In this document: positions 62,850 to 64,000 of the stretch, piece by piece | Numbering within the stretch: position 1 is the stretch's first letter | How the letters are laid out: every line of letters starts with the position of its first letter | Source: Dicyema japonicum | Lineage: Eukaryota; Animalia; Dicyemida | NCBI GenBank assembly: GCA_011109175.1 | Contig: RDEW01000024.1 | Location: 737,684 to 801,683 of the forward strand | Length of the DNA: 64,000 bases | Reading direction: 5' to 3' | The notes under the pieces: generated by a model | What the model was told of the DNA's origin: nothing | Database searches by the model: none | Seen by the model: only the letters and a program-made list of their open reading frames with translations | Translations under genes and position numbers: made by a program

Positions 62850-63670
62850 TCTATTTTCAAAGCTCTTTCTCAAATGAAATTCACGATTTTGACACACGAA
62901 TTTAAGACATCTTTTAATTTAATCGGCTAAGACTTCGATAAGAGAGAATGTCGATGAAGGATACAGTGAATGACTGTTACATGTTTTCTCAAAAAGGCTG
63001 CAAACCCCGACCTGTTTCCGCGTATAACTGGAGCACCGTCCGTGCAAATTTACCTTATAATTTCCAATGGAATATCATGTTCATCATGAAAAGTCTCAAT
63101 TATATAGAAAACATTTTTTACAGAGGCTTCCGTTTCGAGAAGTTTACAAAAATAAAAATCTTCCACAATTAAATTTTCTTGTACATAACGAACAAAGCCA
63201 ATTATTTGACTGCAATTATCAACATGGGTAGATTCACCCAACTTGATTGAAATCTTGATGCAAGGATTTTTTATGTCCGAAAAAACCTTATTTAAGAATA
63301 TCACCCCGATACAATTAATTCGATCCCGGATACAATTTTTTGACAGTTTTCGAGAGGCTTATGGACCCAGAAATGTTTTCACCATTTTCAATGCACATGG
63401 CTTAAATGAGTCTCTGGAATGGTATGTGGCTTGTTTGACTTCGCAACTTCATGTGCTACTTTGAATTACGCCAAAAGTAACGGTTTGTCGATGCATATAA
63501 ATCAAAATATCGGAAGGGTTCCTTGAATATTTTATTGTGACCTTTTAGCCTTCAAACATTCAAATCATTTCCTAAACGTTTTGTCCCCGTGGATAGATTT
63601 AAAATGTCCATTAAGTTTTGATGGTTTCAAATTTGAATTATAAAAATTGCATCACAAAAAATGCTGTGGG
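62850..63670 (-). mobile_element. hAT (Buster-type) transposase relic (duplicate of 37200-38043)
   Basis: IKLGESTHVDNCSQIIGFVRYVQENLIVEDFYFCKLLET. Confidence 0.8.
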
Positions 63671-64000
63671 GTCTCTCGATCCCAATATTAATAATTTAAT
63701 TTAAATCAGGTTTGTTAAAAATCATGATTTTTATGAAAAAAATCGAAAAAATCTGATTTTTATGAATTAAATGATTTTTATTCCGATACAAAGTAAATTA
63801 AGAATAAAAACAACAGGAATTGTATTTATTTAAAGGCTTGTAAACAAAGACAAGTTTGGCAGATTTTTCAATTCCCAGAGTATTTAGTACATTTGAATGT
63901 AAAAACCCAAAAGTCGAAAATAGTCGTTCTATTCCACCTGTGAATGCAACTTCCACCTGCTTCAAGAATTTTTTGCAAAGTAAAATTACTTCTGAAGGTA

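Larger units (their letters stand above)
41340..64000 (+). repeat. Segmental duplication, copy 2 (expanded by copy-specific insertions; runs off the window)
   Basis: Collinear with 24400-38350. Extra SINE, LINE and CRE insertions at ~47100-48840, 53330-55400 and 56400-62270. Confidence 0.9.

Noticed and set aside
1-64000. Spliced-leader RNA, snRNA, rRNA or telomeric arrays as CRE target sites
   Set aside because: No recognisable SL/Sm-site cassette, U snRNA, 5S/rRNA or telomeric repeat was seen by eye; a covariance-model search is needed to exclude divergent ones.

Overview
Eukaryotic, AT-rich draft scaffold with several N-gaps and single-n joins. Every gene I could model has extremely short GT-AG introns (20-27 nt in the well-supported models). 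Together with an animal-type transposon repertoire, this fits a compact-intron parasitic metazoan such as a myxozoan or dicyemid; that is inference and the species cannot be determined here. Well-supported host genes are few: an intact 9-exon DDX51/DBP6 DEAD-box helicase (3138-4724, +), an intact 3-exon orphan single-pass membrane protein (17588-18826, -), and two cathepsin L-like protease genes (41836-43004 intact; 24696-25994 with a 127-bp frameshifting duplication). The cathepsins lie in a large diverged tandem segmental duplication (~24.4-38.35 kb vs ~41.3-64 kb). The rest is mostly transposon relics: APE-type LINEs (RTE, CR1/L2/Rex-like and others), two RLE-type retrotransposon clades (CRE-like, R4/Dong-like), Tc1, two hAT types and a candidate Ginger-like integrase element. 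The most notable uncatalogued items are a tRNA-derived SINE family (6 copies) with a structured central domain showing covariation, an apparent exonisation of a 27-nt intron in one cathepsin paralog, the orphan membrane-protein gene and the diversity of CRE-like elements. All translations, alignments and counts were done by eye; transposon boundaries are approximate.
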